Shown: piece by piece, positions 26,540 through 40,646 of the stretch
Layout: each line of letters starts with the position of its first letter
Position numbering within the stretch: the stretch's first letter is position 1
From: Fimbriosthenelais zetlandica
Taxonomy: Eukaryota
DNA: 64,000 nucleotides
Reading direction: 5' to 3'
Assembly (NCBI GenBank): GCA_977030845.1
Contig: OZ365111.1
Coordinates: forward strand, 20,088,001 to 20,152,000
Made by a program: the position numbers and the translations under genes
The notes under the pieces: model-generated
The model's database searches: none
What the model was told of the DNA's origin: nothing
Seen by the model: only the letters and a program-made list of their open reading frames with translations

Positions 26540-26810
26540 AGGGAGGTGCTTTGAGTGGGTTAGTAGAAAGGTTGATGTTAGTATTAAGGTTAAAGTTTGA
26601 ATAGTGATGGATTGTGGGTTAATGGTAATGGTTTGTGGGTGATTATGAGTGTATGTGAGATGGGGATGGAAATATGAATGAGGGTGACAGGACAAGGCTG
26701 GTTTTAACAGTATTGCCCTTGGCTAGGATCTTCTTGTGAGAGGTGTCGCTTTAGTACCCTTTTGAAGGCATGGGGGTCGAGTCTGGAACTTGTTCCCAAA
26801 CGAATTAGCT
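26540..26810 (-). mobile_element. Decayed 3' end of a non-LTR retrotransposon (CR1/L2-like)
   Basis: Minus strand reads WEQVPD then, after a frameshift, HAFKRVLKRHL, resembling the LINE ORF2 terminus W..LP....FK..LK.HL; followed by a low-complexity 3'UTR-like tract. Boundaries approximate. Confidence 0.5.
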
Positions 26811-27622
26811 ATAAGTTAATTATTGCTAATATTATTTTTGAAATGGCCCTCTGGTATGTCGGGCTCAGTAGGATACCTGGATTGGTTAGTATATAAATAC
26901 CTTCAAATTCAATACACGTTACGTCATATTTGAATGCCCCAAAGCTATATACAGACTACAGCGTGTCGATTTAAAACCTAAATTAATTACTAATTATATA
27001 TACTACTTCACTTTAAAGATATGGAACGTCACACTAGCCTTGCATGCCCAGTATATCACCCTTTTCAGGAAGTCAGCTTTTCTTTTACATACGGATTATA
27101 TTTGGGCCGAATCACCGGCGGATGAACTACTGGCGTATTAATTTTAGCCTGTTTCTGGAGTGAATGGACTATATTTAGTAGTTTGGTTCAAGAAAAGCAG
27201 AGTGGAGTGGGGTTGGAGTGGTCCAGTAGGCCTACAATATAGGATTGGGTCACCGCCTTATAGGCCTAGGCCACTCAAAGACATATCCCTGACTGCATGG
27301 GGCACGATTCAAAACAAATATTAGCAGTGGCAAGTCTGTGGCTACTATTATCGTTCTTAAAGGGGCTCCAAATTGCCTCAGTCGAGACTTCATATTCAGC
27401 AACGTTCAACGGTTCAATTTCATTGATCCCTATGAAAGTGAATCTTTCTGCAAATTACCTTTCTGTGCTACGCGATAACCATAGGCATTCCATATCCCAT
27501 GCAGTGCTTCCCACTCGCTTATACATTATATTATGTCTATTTCACCTATTGTCTCCTGTCAGCCTCTTGTGTCACGTATTGAGTCATGCAATATGAATGG
27601 GCGAGCTGCTCAGGGACCGGTG

Positions 27623-28515
27623 CCGAGCCTTTATGAGTACCTCGTGCGAACCGCCTGCTATACAATCTCTTATTCACTCCCAACCAGTGCTTCTCTTTGG
27701 TCGTTATGTCGCCGACATAATTAACGAAGGTGCAAGTATCTGATGAAAGGGAGTTACTTCCATATATTTAATAATAATCAACGACGACACAACTGAGAGA
27801 ACTGTCTACGGGCTTTTGAGCATTCTCTGGTTTCAAATCTGTCGTCATTTGATGACTCAATTAAGCAGTGCCTTTCACTGTTTGTGACATTTGATTATTG
27901 CTTTTGTCTATATGATAATATAATTGTAACAAGTCCAATTTCATCACCAGCAGTACCTTTCAGTGCAGGGATGTTGGATGACGTAAATGAACTCCTGACA
28001 GTGACACCGGCCAAGCTGATGATGTCTGAATATTCTTCCCCCTCTATAGCCAGGGCTTATCCCTTCACCAGAAACACTGCCGGTCCAATAGCGTTTACCA
28101 TGCCAATAGAGAAAGGTCAACAGAACATAGATTTTACCATTCTGTCCCCGAAGTCCACATACTACCTTGTATCAGCAGTACACATGCACTGAAAGGGTCT
28201 CCTATTATGGCAATTTTTTTACGGCCAAACTATTGTTTGTTGCTTCACGCGAGGGTCCCCACTTCCATCCCTCAACCATCCAGTGAATGGAGCAATTTTG
28301 GTTCTTGATTAGAGACCGGCACGCTAGGCAGTAGGAATGTATCGCTCCGAGTCGCTCTTTAACAAATAACCTCTTGTTTTAACACAATACACAGGAACAA
28401 AACCCGTGGTAATAATATTGTTATCGTTATGGGAGAGAATGGAAATTGTGAAGTGTAACAATGATGATAATTGCAATGGTACCCGAGCATTTATGAGCAC
28501 CTCGTGCTAACCGCC
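27623..28515. repeat. 33-bp direct repeats (3 mismatches) enclosing a 241-nt unit with 12-bp terminal inverted repeats
   Basis: ccgagcctttatgagtacctcgtgcgaaccgcc (27623-27655) versus ccgagcatttatgagcacctcgtgctaaccgcc (28483-28515); cctttcagtgca (27956-27967) versus tgcactgaaagg (28185-28196). Confidence 0.7.
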
Positions 28516-29148
28516 ATATTATACGAGCAACAGACCCGTGGGGGAAACCTGAGGCCGAAATAACCGCGGAAATAACAATATGGGAATTATGTATATCATA
28601 TTTTATCTATGTACCTAGTTTTTTTCTTGATAGTTGGAAACATTGGCTGCACTTGAGTGAATTGTCCTAGCTAAAATTTGAAACTACTATTTTAAAAAGG
28701 GGGAGTAAAATGATACGGAAAAATGCAAATTATTTATACGGATAAGACCATATCAAATATTTTATCCGGCCCAGGTAAAACTGTTTTTTCAAAGATGTCA
28801 TAAAACAATTTCAAGCAATTAATGTTGAAATATTGTTTAAAATAGGCCTATAACGATAATATCCCTTCAATTATACCAAATGGAGTTTCCATATTAAAGC
28901 TGAATATATAGGTAAAATTCTTGTATATGGCCTCGGATTTGGAATGTCAAGGGGATCGAGGACCCATTTGCGACCTCAGGTGCTTCGAACACAAGGTCTC
29001 TGCTGGCAGCTTAGAAAATTATTATCTAACCTCAAAGCAAGGCCAGCTCCTTCAATTACCAGACAACACACAGAGAGAGCTGCTCGTGTTAAAGGCAATG
29101 TGATGATATTTCTCAACTTACACAGGCGGGTTGTAGCTGCTGATAAGC

Positions 29149-29729
29149 ATGGTCTGGACCGGCATGGTGATAACGACGATCCTGATTGGATTTGCAGAGG
29201 GAGGGACTGAAGAGGATCCAGTTGGGTGCAAGAACAAATATGTAATCAGAAGATCCAACTGTGGCAGGATGGGCAGGGGGCGGACAGGCCCATCCGGGGG
29301 TGTGTTCTCTACTGTTCTACAGAGGATGTGGGCTCAGCAGAAAAGGGATCCAATGGCAAGGCACACCGGTCCTATACTCAGGTCCACTCCTTCAATTCCC
29401 CTCTTTCAGTACTGACAGATGCTAGAGCTACTATACACTGGCACCGGTGGCGGTGGTGGTGGCAGTGGTGCACGGTGGCTGCTGTGGTTGGTGGGTGGTG
29501 GTATAGTGGTGGTACTGGGATTAGAACAGTGCTTCTCTTCTAGATGTATCAGCAATGTATAAATAAAGGGACAACAATTTTTTGAATTGTCTCAGCAATA
29601 TGTAGCACCCTTTATAATTTCCCAGAAAATTTCTCTGAAAGATCGGATCGTGATGTGATCAAAAACAGGGTACGTGAAAGCACCATCAAAAATCTTCAGC
29701 TGGAAAACCCGGTATACCTCGTTGGCCAG
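29149..29729 (+). pseudogene. Frameshifted coding-like segment plus a clean 104-nt exon-like island; product unknown
   Basis: GGTEEDPV/WVQEQICNQ needs a 1-nt insertion at ~29223 to stay in frame and is paralogous to 35039-35071. Island 29626-29729 has tttcccag| and |gtatat and reads NFSERSDRDVIKNRVRESTIKNLQLENPVYLVGQ. Confidence 0.35.
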
Positions 29730-30877
29730 GTATATATACATGTAGAATCAGGGCGATACCTTGTTCTAAAGCCATTAAAAATGTATAGAAAATTAATGAA
29801 AAGAGGGACAATGTAGTTGGGAAGTAAGGCAGGAAGTAGGGGGTACTTTCAGTGTGGGATTTTTGTAATTTGAATGACTCCCTCACATGATAACAGTCAC
29901 TATAAGCATGAACATGACTAACATGGATGACGAGGTAGCGTGACGATCCCCCACCACACGATCTCTCCCTCTCTCCCCTCACTATACAATACTGAGAAGC
30001 CAGAAAGCAGGAGTATGCCACCCTGGAGTCAGAGACTGGGCTCATTGCCCAAGGCTCTTGTAAATACTTGTTTCGCTAAGATATCAGACAAATGGCCTTG
30101 TGAACCGTAGTGGTTTTTATCTCGCACGTTCCACATATATAGTGTTTAAAGCATCCATTTTCGGAATGATGTTACTTTTAAGGATTCTGCATTGAATTTA
30201 AAATGATTTTGGAAGCCTTTCAAGTCACAAAAGGCATCCAGAATTTCAGGACTGTCTTACTGTCTATTGAATCAGTGAGAATGTAAATTATGTTGAGATC
30301 GATAAAGCATAAGTTATTTATCATTCTGCCAAACACATACATATGATATCAATCATGGCTATGCACTCTATGACTTCAAGTTCGCATGAAAGAAATCCAT
30401 ACCATTTATAGAGATACATTTCTCCTAGAACATCCAAACACAAAAACGGCATGTCGTGTTATTGTTCCGATACAGTATATTGACCTTGAAAACATATTTT
30501 TAGAACCTAAATCACATAAAATGAATAAAATAAAGCGCATCGCGTTTTCATAAAGTCATTCAAATAACCAATAAACCTTGCCCCATATCATCTTGGAGGT
30601 ATTTTCATGAGTTGAACATGTACTGTGGCCTATTAATAGGATGTATACATATAAGCAACATTGCAGTTTTTCTTCTCAATATAGAGGCATTGGCCAAAGC
30701 CCTCTGAACCATTCATTACTCTCGCTCTGTTAACGATTGTTATTCCAGGCCCGAGGCAAATTAGACCTAGTAGTAGCAGGTGCAGAATGGTCAGGTTCTC
30801 CCACATAGAGCAGGCAACCTGTCTCTTGGTTTGATGATTATTGAATGATGGATCAGCAGTGAACATCGGGGTGAAAA

Positions 30878-31120
30878 GAGAAAAAAAAGACAAGAATAAA
30901 AATAGGAGGAGGAAGACGATGATGAGTAAAACAGAAGAAGACGAAAGAAGAAGATGGAGGCCGAAGAGAAAGTTCTATGATGAAGAAGAAGATGCATGAA
31001 GAAGAATAAGCAGAAGACAAATATAAAGAAGGACTAAAGTAGAAGAACTACATGTATGTATAGCAATAGAAGGAGTATATTTGAAAAAGGACAGAAGGAA
31101 AGGAAGAAAAAAGCATTGTA
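30878..31120. repeat. Purine-rich (GAA/GGA-like) low-complexity tract
   Basis: Degenerate gaagaa repeats with a strong A/G strand bias. Confidence 0.7.
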
Positions 31121-34100
31121 GATTATAGAAAGCCTCCTTACCTGCTCGGTGTCTCAGTGCCTAGAGATGATGCCATTACAGCTTGATCCCTCCTTATACC
31201 TACACCATGTACCAACAGCTCTGATTCTATTACAAGTCCTCTAATGCAAGACTTCTAGATAAGCCTCATATATATACTGTACACTACATATACCGTGGGA
31301 TTGACAGATGTGATTTTTTCCCAATCCCTTCACAAGAGTCAATAGCATTAGCCGATGGGAGACTTGGGTAAGGGAAGTCAATGATGGACTGGCATCGTGG
31401 ACTTTCTCTCTTGGCTACTAAAAGAGACCCCCCTGCCAAATGTTTCATTGACCCTTCGTCCTATATGAATCTTGGGCTATAATTCCATTGAGGTTTATAT
31501 ATATTGATGTTCTCACGTACTATAATGTCTGCTTTAATATATTTGCTTTAACCGCGGTTTATGGTCTCTTAAGCCAGTTGTTTGTTTTACTGGTACTTCA
31601 CCCTGTAGTGCTGGGCCCATCAGGTCCATTCGTTCAGCCCCTGACGCGTGCAGATCTAAAGTGCAATTATAACACTTAGTTCATTGCTACAATGGTACAA
31701 TATATGGCATGAAAAAGGCCAATCTTGTTTTAGATAATAACTTCTCAAATATAAAGCTATTAACTGATTGAACAATACCTCATTCTGCATTAAATTTCAT
31801 CCTTCAATTATCAAACCTCTAGTCGATACAAATGCGTTACATATTAAATAAAGATACAAAAGCCTCTATAGATATATCAGAGAAAACATGTTCTCATACT
31901 ACATTTTCCGGAATCACACGCATGAAATCATGCAAAGCCCTAATTGTGGGCCATTACTCATATCGGATATGCTCTTTATGGCCTAAATGTGATCGATTTC
32001 CTGGCCCAAATTCCCATTTTTTACCACCATATCCTAAACCCCTATACACAGAAGGACCCCTCACATAACCCTTCACTCTATAGCATCAGAAATCCACCCT
32101 ATATATGAAAAATACCAGCATGATATTCTCCTGGCCGACCATATTTTTCACCCAAGTCGTCAGAATGATTAACCCATATTTTCCCGTCCATTCCCCTGAT
32201 TAAATAAGGGATCTTATACCAGTCAGTGTCAGATTCGGACATTTGCTCTGCCACTTGGTAATGTATAAGCCTTTGGCCGAACCTGACAAGGAAAATAAAC
32301 CTTCAAGTAACCCATTGCCACAGACTGACACATATTGGGATACATCCATATTTGATCCCTATGTCAGCTATACTGTAGAGGCGGACACGGAGAGCTTGGG
32401 GCAGCGTGAAACATGGGCGATGTTGAAGAGGCAGGCATTTTTCAGTGGCTGAGTCAGGAAGTATATATTCTATAATATATATATAGTATAGGAGACTGCC
32501 ACCCACCTCTCCCTCTCCCAGTTTGCAATAGCAATTTCCTGCTGGCTGTCTGTACCCATTTGTGGCATATTTCTTGAGCTTCGAACAAGAGCAGACATCG
32601 CATCTATCACATAGATAAGAGCCCCATGCTTTGTCTGCCCTGGAACAAAGCGGTAATAAATATTAGGACCGTTAACTGGGAACATTATCAGGGGAGTAGG
32701 GTTCAATTGAAAACAGGCTAGATTGATCTCTCCTCTTGAGAGAGTATGGGCCCTACTTTATGGGAGTACCTTGGACAATCTCATTCTTGGATCATAGCAT
32801 TAAATTCAGGACCTTCACTACCAACTCTATACAGAGTATATACAGCCCCAGCCTATAGAATGGAACATGTATTTATGAAATTTTCAGTATATAGGAAAAA
32901 AAACATAGATCTACATAGGCCTATAGATAGAGCAAAAATCATCCACACATACCATATTATATACGAACCCATATTTGCTTTATTATTTTTATATGTATTA
33001 TTTGTACTCACGATATAATTTTCTAGGAAAAAAATAGTACATACTTTATTAAACAAAAAAATATATTCTAAAATTCAGGACTACGTGCTTTAATATAGTC
33101 ATCTCATAGGGAGTTTGCATGGTCAACAGAAAACTCCATTAAATCACACCGAAGGACTCTCGGAATATTTGAAGGTTATTCTTTCCCCTTGAGACAGGCT
33201 GGATGTATTAAAATTTCATAGAACCATTACAAAATGAAAGGAAAACCAGGCGCGATATCTGCCTGCGAGGCGTCCCCAAAGAGAAAGGAAGAAGATCCCC
33301 TTTTGAAAGCCTATACGAATCAAAGGCTGGCACAAATACACCAGCTGCTGAGAGAGTCCCAGCCTAACGCAATCTCATTTCTCACTCAGCGAAACAACAA
33401 AAGGGAAAGTAGGAGGAAAAAAACTTGCCTCAGAGGCACACTTTCATTATGCCCCAAGACTAGCTGAGATATTCACTTTCACTGAGATAAGATTAAAAGT
33501 TATCATTTCCCCTTGAAATCTTTGTAAAAACTAACAAATTCTCCTTGAATTCTTTTGTACTGAATAAAACTTTAAAAAATGCATAGATACTGTCCTGAAA
33601 TAGAAGTTTGAAAAACAAAGGGAAAAAATGAAAATCATCTTATTTTCTGCGCAATCAACATCTGGTATAGAGATGCTGAAAGGGTGGCTTGATAAAGAAG
33701 AAATACTAACTGACATTTTTAATTTTTTCCTTATTTTGTAATTAACGGAATATGGTAAAAACAGTATAAACCAATAGACAATCCTCCCAATATTGCAATA
33801 CCTCGATACAGAGTAAAACTACAGCATATAGTGGCTATTTGTCTCCTCCCCTTCCTCTAATACAGCAGGTGATAGCTCTAGGTGCCTTTTGCTGTTAGCT
33901 TATTTGAATCCTGAGCTCCTGAATCCAATTCTGTGTCCAACAACTTGGCTGTTAGCCCTGCGGATGGCTTCCCCAGCCTGGCTTTATCACATTATCTCGC
34001 CACCTTTTAGTGACTGTCGCTCCATGGAATAGCACGAGCCTGCAGAGGATCCCGACAAATGCTTCTCCGAAGCTTTTAGGGAAGAAAGAGGTTTTTCTTC

Positions 34101-34993
34101 AGCCGGACCCTGGCTTGGGAATGAGACTATTCTAGGCAGGAAATAGCTTTCCTATATGTTTCTGCCCATGCACCTTTGGCTAAGCAGGCGAGTGGGACAT
34201 GATTTTTCACCGTGAAATTTGCTATGGAAAAAGGTGCATCAAAAGTCGATAGTGCTTTCTCTCCATGCCTTGAGACATCTGCTGTAGCTTTACATATGGG
34301 ATTCATTTATAGCCGATAGGGTCATATATAATACTTCACGGGTGAAGATACCTCAAAGGTATACCCATCAAATACCCATTTTTCATGGACATATCCCTCA
34401 TTCGGTATATCATATTCAAATGCATGGTATGACGTAGGACTGCAATCACAAAATTTAATGTTTCATGTTATCCCCAAATTTCATCATGAACAAATGGCTT
34501 AACCTTAAAGGAGTAAAGCTATAGACATTATAGATATGGGCCCTATACAGGCACCAAAATGAGAACGAATAGAAGAAGGTCCTTTACTTGTGATGCAATA
34601 AATTGTAGGCTATATACTGCACCATAAAAGGCTCGTAAATGTCTAAAGCTGGAACAAGGTCTGTGATTGATAGCCTGGTTTGAAGGCATATTTACATGCT
34701 TCATGTTCCAAGTAGCCTATACATGATTTCAGCTCCAACAAATTATCTTGGGCTATAGAGTACAGGGTTGAGGATGGATGGTGGGGCAACAAACCGACCC
34801 TACCCACAGACGTACATTAGACCGCGGCTATACATGTAGGGGTGTACATGGATCGAGGAATTATATGGCCAGGGGGCACTGGAAAATAGGTTCATATATA
34901 TATTCTTGTTCCCAACTCTCGAAAACAGACTTTCCATCATGTATTTCCTGAACAAAAGTATCAATTTCTTGGAAATTTTGGGAATCTTTCCAG

Positions 34994-35839
34994 AAAATGT
35001 CTTATGTGATACCATTTGACAAAAGAGGATATGAAGGCCCAGTTTGGGTCCAGGAGCAGATTGAAAGTCAGCTGGATATGCCATACGTAGCACATAACTA
35101 TGTAACATACAGAAATAATAACCTTATAAGTTATACATGTATGGTTGATTAAATTTAATTGATGCCTTACCTTCTGCCTTCATAGTCCATGAGGAGACCA
35201 TATGATGATTTAGATTTTCTTCGAGGTTTTAAATCACTGGCTCAATGTGGAGCGATTAATTTCAATCAAGCTTGATTCTGCTTGTAAGAGATAAAGAGGG
35301 AACTTCCGTAAGATTAGTTATCCTCCAAATAATGGAAGTAAAACTATGATATCCAATACGCCCAGTACTTTCAATGTGGTAAGGACGCGTGGCAGCAAAA
35401 AAATGTTCTACTGTACTGGTATACTTTCTACTTTTATAAACTTACACAAATTTAAAGTATGTCTACAGGCCTATAAAATGATATAAAATATGTCATTATG
35501 CACAAACCAGCAGCTGTCTGAACACTGAACCCGCTTATAATTATAGTCTATCGGCTGTTTAGGATTCAAAAGACTGACAGGTATAGGCCCTAAACCTTAT
35601 GACCCTAGACACAATGTTCCCATTCCATTTCCAACCAGTTGAGGTATAGATAAATAGATCAACAGAATGTTAACAATTATTTTCCAAACGTCCAATTATT
35701 ATGGTCCATTGTATTCTCGTTATAATGTTTATCCTCCTCATTAAGATAACATATTTAAAAACAGATTTCGGCTTGAATCGGAGTAGATTACAACATCTAC
35801 ACCCCCTGGATGAAATGGTTTTCATCCGGAAAGCGAAAG
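34994..35839 (+). other. Unassigned exon-like islands (34994-35086 and 35765-35839)
   Basis: ttccag|KMSYVIPFDKRGYEGPVWVQEQIESQLDMPY (weak donor); acag|(D)FGLNRSRLQHLHPLDEMVFIRKAK|gtaacg, 75 nt, phase 1-1. Confidence 0.35.
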
Positions 35840-36721
35840 GTAACGCGCCTCTAGCTATTTCCGCTAGGTGGCTCTTGAGTACCAGTCAATCCCAGGTGCA
35901 GTAAAGAAGCACTAAGTCAGTGTTGTAGGTAGTAGGGTGAAATGTTAGATTGAATCAGGTTTCTCTTGCCAGACATGATTGATTTATTGGGGTTAAACGT
36001 TGCAGTAACAGCCAGTACCCTATCGCAACAGTGAGGAAATACGTTGTCGGATCTATGGCATACTCATAGCGCGAGACTGCAATGTGATATTTCTATGTCA
36101 TTCGCCACACCACAGGCAGAATATAGGAGCCATGGATGGTTTTTGATAATCCAGGAAGTCCTGAGATAGCTGAATATCTTCAGCTGAATTTGACCCATGT
36201 CGAATTAAAATGATTTTTTTCTGCATACAACATATCACAATGCATAACTACATGTCAGTGTCAATTTCACATTAAGCAGATCGTTACTTTCAACTTATAT
36301 GGAACGTCGAGACATTGTATAGTTCAATACCAAAAAATTAAGCATCTCAATGTATTCCTCTGAACTTGGTCCATAAAATTGCACACCAAAACAGAAAAGG
36401 TTCGATGATCCATATAATCAATACAAGTATGGAACTTGTCAATTGCTGGTGCCATGCAGTGCCAATTTATGGAACCATTGAATACAAGGTTTGGATCTTT
36501 GCTTGACACTGGTCCGCTCTCCACAATCTATAATTCAGTACTATAGGGAGATTTATCCAATCATTTCGTTGATAGCCTAATAACGTAAAAACTCAAGGGT
36601 AGAGCAATTGAACAACCATGCTTGCAATCGACCAGAAAGTTTTTTCATCTCCACCAGCCCATGTCATTGTGTGGAAAGTTTTTTCCAGGATTTAATCCAT
36701 AATGATTTTACATTTTTACAG

Positions 36722-37053
36722 AGGGACCGGGGGCTGATTGTATGGGTCTGGGTATCATTCATACATTATAAAAATAGCCCAGACTGTGGAAAGTTTTCCC
36801 TGCTGGTTGCGACTCTTAATAGAATGGTATTGCCTGTGCTTTCGGAATACCAAAATGGCAGCCTCCACTGGGGTGGACTTACAGCAATTGCGCATGGCAT
36901 ACGGCATTATATTAAGGCAGATAATTATGCATGCGCTATAGCTAGACTTTACAAGCAGGCATCGAAGGGAAAGGTGCGATTCCTTGGCACCACTCCTACC
37001 ATTTGTGGAAAGTTATCGTCACTGAGAAATCGAAATAAGTCAGGATGTTTGAG
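36722..37053 (+). CDS. Putative internal exon of an unidentified gene (110 open codons)
   Basis: Strong acceptor tttacatttttacag and donor gag|gtaagt; reads RDRGLIVWVWVSF...MVLPVLSEYQNG...NKSGCL. No family assigned with confidence. Confidence 0.4.
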
Positions 37054-40000
37054 GTAAGTTAAAACTATAAGGGTTTATTGCTTAATCCAATATAATGTTT
37101 TCCAAAGTTCTCTGGTAGTTAAAAAAATATAGATTTAAAAAAATCTATATAGGATATTTTGCTATTGAGATATAGCCTGAATTACTATTTGTAGATCGAC
37201 CATTTAATGGTGGAAATTGTACCCAGAGTTTTTTGCAACATTTCGATAAAATCCTTAATATAAATAGGCCTAATTAGTATCACAATAGCATTAAGTGGAA
37301 AGTAATATAGGTTTATATCATCATGCATCTTGTTTATGTGCAAATAATATTTGTAAAATCTAATATAATTATGACATATTTACATATAAAACATATAAAT
37401 GATATTGTACATGTCCTCTGTTATATTTTTTATTAGGCCTATATCTATTTTAATGTATTAGTGTGGAATTACCACTCCCCAAGAATTTAGGCATATTGTG
37501 ACGCACACTATCCTTTGTAATTGGATACGCCTCCATAAACAAAGGTACAGTGTTTCCTGGCATATTTTTCTGCCTTTCATCAGAAATTTCCCTTCTGGGT
37601 GATCTTCTGCACGAATAGATGTCCCCGGGAGACCAATTCCACGTTATATGGGGATCAATTAATTTAAAAATCATCTGAAACCAGTCCACAATTACCTAGA
37701 TAAGGTACATTATTTGGTAGGAAAGCATAATATTATCTTCCTTTGACTTTTAAGTTTTATTTCAGGAATTTCATTAGCCTATACTATAATACAGTTATCG
37801 CCGTAATATCGGGCCTGGCTATATGTGTGAAGGTTTTTTTTCTCTTTTTTCTTTGTTTAAAAAAAGAAAGAAATTGACCCAATTTTGTTATTCTTCCTTC
37901 CTCCTTTCTTTGTATTTGAGAAGTAAAATCCATATCTTTCCGAGATCTGACAGCTTATAAATATTGGCAAAGGAAAGTAAATATCATGTACGCCGATGAC
38001 ATTTTTTTCTGTTCAGCAAATCTGTGAACTTGTGTTTGTTCGTTCTGTGATTAAGTAGCTGTGATATAGGGGTTTCAACAGTGATTCCCCCCTACCCCCA
38101 GAAAGAATGAACAAGCGCCTTTGTTCTGGCAGTTCACACAACTAATTTCTTGCACACCATTGTTTTGCATTGGTATTCCAGACTGGTCAGATAAGCCATT
38201 ATCTAATCTAGCCAAAGAAATGCCACTTATCAATTAGGCTTTGAACGTTATTTATTCCAGGAGAGACTGTGAGCTTTGGCATATGCTTGACAACCCCTGC
38301 TATTCGAGTGGGGGCGGGGGTGGAGACAATGAATCAGTTGCATTGATTTAAATATATCTCCGATGGGTGCTTGTGGGAGGGCATCCCTGGGGGATCTATA
38401 TTGGACTGGGGTGGATGGACTTTATAGCAGCTATCGAGCAACTTAAATTAGTGGCTTACATGTACATGTATGTCAGCCAAAATGGCTGGACTCGATGCAT
38501 GCATCTTTGATAAGATTCCAACAATTAAATATTCACATCAGTACTGACATGTCCCTCCGAGGGGGTATGAGCTAGGAGATTCTCTTATCGAGCGCTCATC
38601 ACTATATTCTCTCTCTCTCCTTCCGTTCAACCACTGCACCTATGTGTCCATCTGGTTGAGGGAGGGAGGGATGATGAGGAAGTGAGGGCTGCATGTACCT
38701 GGGCAAAGCGGTCGCAGGGGACCCAAAGAGGAGATCATGGAAAAGACGCACATTTTACATGGACTCATAAAAACCATTGCTGCATCACAGGTAGGCCTTT
38801 TTGCCCATGCAATATTAAAAGTGCACCTGCAGGATTCAATATGGGAACATGTTGTCCCATTTGGACTTATGTCATTGGGATGTATCATGGCTCGTTGCGC
38901 TCTGTCTGTCCAGGGGTGTGAGTATAGGGAAGAGATGGGATGTGTGCGTTGTGCATGTGTGTATGCAGTGGGATGCTGCTGTTGATTTATGCACTATTTT
39001 AATTTTGGGACTAAATTAATTTCTTATTTTCACAGAATAGACAGTATATATAAGAAGTCTGCATGTATTCAAAAGTTATATGGGGTGCATGGTAAAATCG
39101 TTGAAAAGATCAAGGGGCCATTTAGGGCAAGTCCCAGAAAAAAATTGGGGTCATTAACTATATATCGCCTGGTCATCAGGGGCGGATCCAGGATTTTGTG
39201 ATTGCTTGGGATGGATGCTGGACCATAAATTCAGCAATATATTTCATGTATTCTAGTAGGATCATCTTAATCACAGTACTGTGGCGGGGAAAGTAAAGGC
39301 TTATATATACATGTATGTTATAAATGATACAGACAGTGTTTTAGGTATAGGCCTAATCCATCAGAAAAATAATAAATAAGTCAGTGAGTGAGGTGCTCGA
39401 CTGACTTGCTGATATTTGTTATGAAACAGGCTCCGTTATACTTAAAAAATATACCAGATACTACAAATGGGGTTAAAAAGTATAGTTATAGTTAGAAAGC
39501 ATTCAAACTTCTTTGTGGAATGAGCCCAATAAGGCCTTGAACTTCCATTCCTCTAGGGGTTGAGTACGTACTATAGGCCTACTAATTAAATAGATACCTT
39601 AAACCCTGCATTTACATAGGTTCGGACTCCAAACATGCAAAACCGTGCCCAACTAACGTAACATAGTTACCACACTTATTAAATCTTTGCATGTCTAGGC
39701 CTTGGATCATTCACTTCGGACATGAATCCTTACATCAACAGCTATCTACGGCTGGCCCTTGTTGAGCTATAGTGCATGTTCAAGCGTGGGTGAAGGCCAA
39801 ACTTGTTCATTAAATATTTGTTCTAAGGACTAATCCTTGAGTTTACACGCAGAACAATGATGCCATAAACTAGTCAATAGTCCATTGATGACTCCCTTTG
39901 TGTGCCATCTCATTAATTATGGCAAGATTAGACATTGGGTCATTGTTCTGAACTGATGGAGCAAAATGAAGCTGAATATACATCCCACCAAAAGATAAAC

Positions 40001-40646
40001 TTTAGCGATGTTGCCACTTTGCCCCGATCTTCTTGCCGTGTTCCTAAAATCATGTTATGTTTTTTTTCAGCTGTCAGTATACGCCATTCATAAACGAACA
40101 TTAGGCACAGAGAGGTGGGCCTAAAATTATACCCTGTGGGACGCATTCCTCTTATCAAACGCTTTCTTGAAATCTACAAATATGCAAATCTCTGTCATTT
40201 CTCCTTCTTCTTTTTATGGGATCGGGGTTGGGGTCGTATAGAGTTATGGGTCAGACGTGGATGTAACCATGCAAGGCCAACATGTTAGCCTTGAAGTTGA
40301 TATCTACTAATCTATACCTCTGCTTACTCAGAAGTCCTGGTTACACCCTGACAAGGCTATTGGACGCCCATGGCTGAAATGAATGAATTTCTTTAGTTGT
40401 TTTATCTCAAGTCTTCTTCTTCCAATGTTCACTCGAGAGAATACATTTTAAAAAACGCTCCATGACCAACCATTGCTTAGGCCAAAACCTTTCCATCCAT
40501 ATCAGTCCCAGGCATTGGCCAAGAAGTACACTTTATTTTCGATAGAGGGCAGCATTCGAATACGGCCCCAACGGGTAGCCTGGATCAACATTGCATGCTA
40601 AAAGTTCCGTTTGATCATATAATACATACCGATTTTCCTTTTTCAG

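Noticed and set aside
38682-38985. Cys-rich ORF (CCITG..FCPC..CCP, PLAC8-like) and an overlapping cytochrome b561-like frame
   Set aside because: Two incompatible weak resemblances on the same bases; neither motif set is complete.
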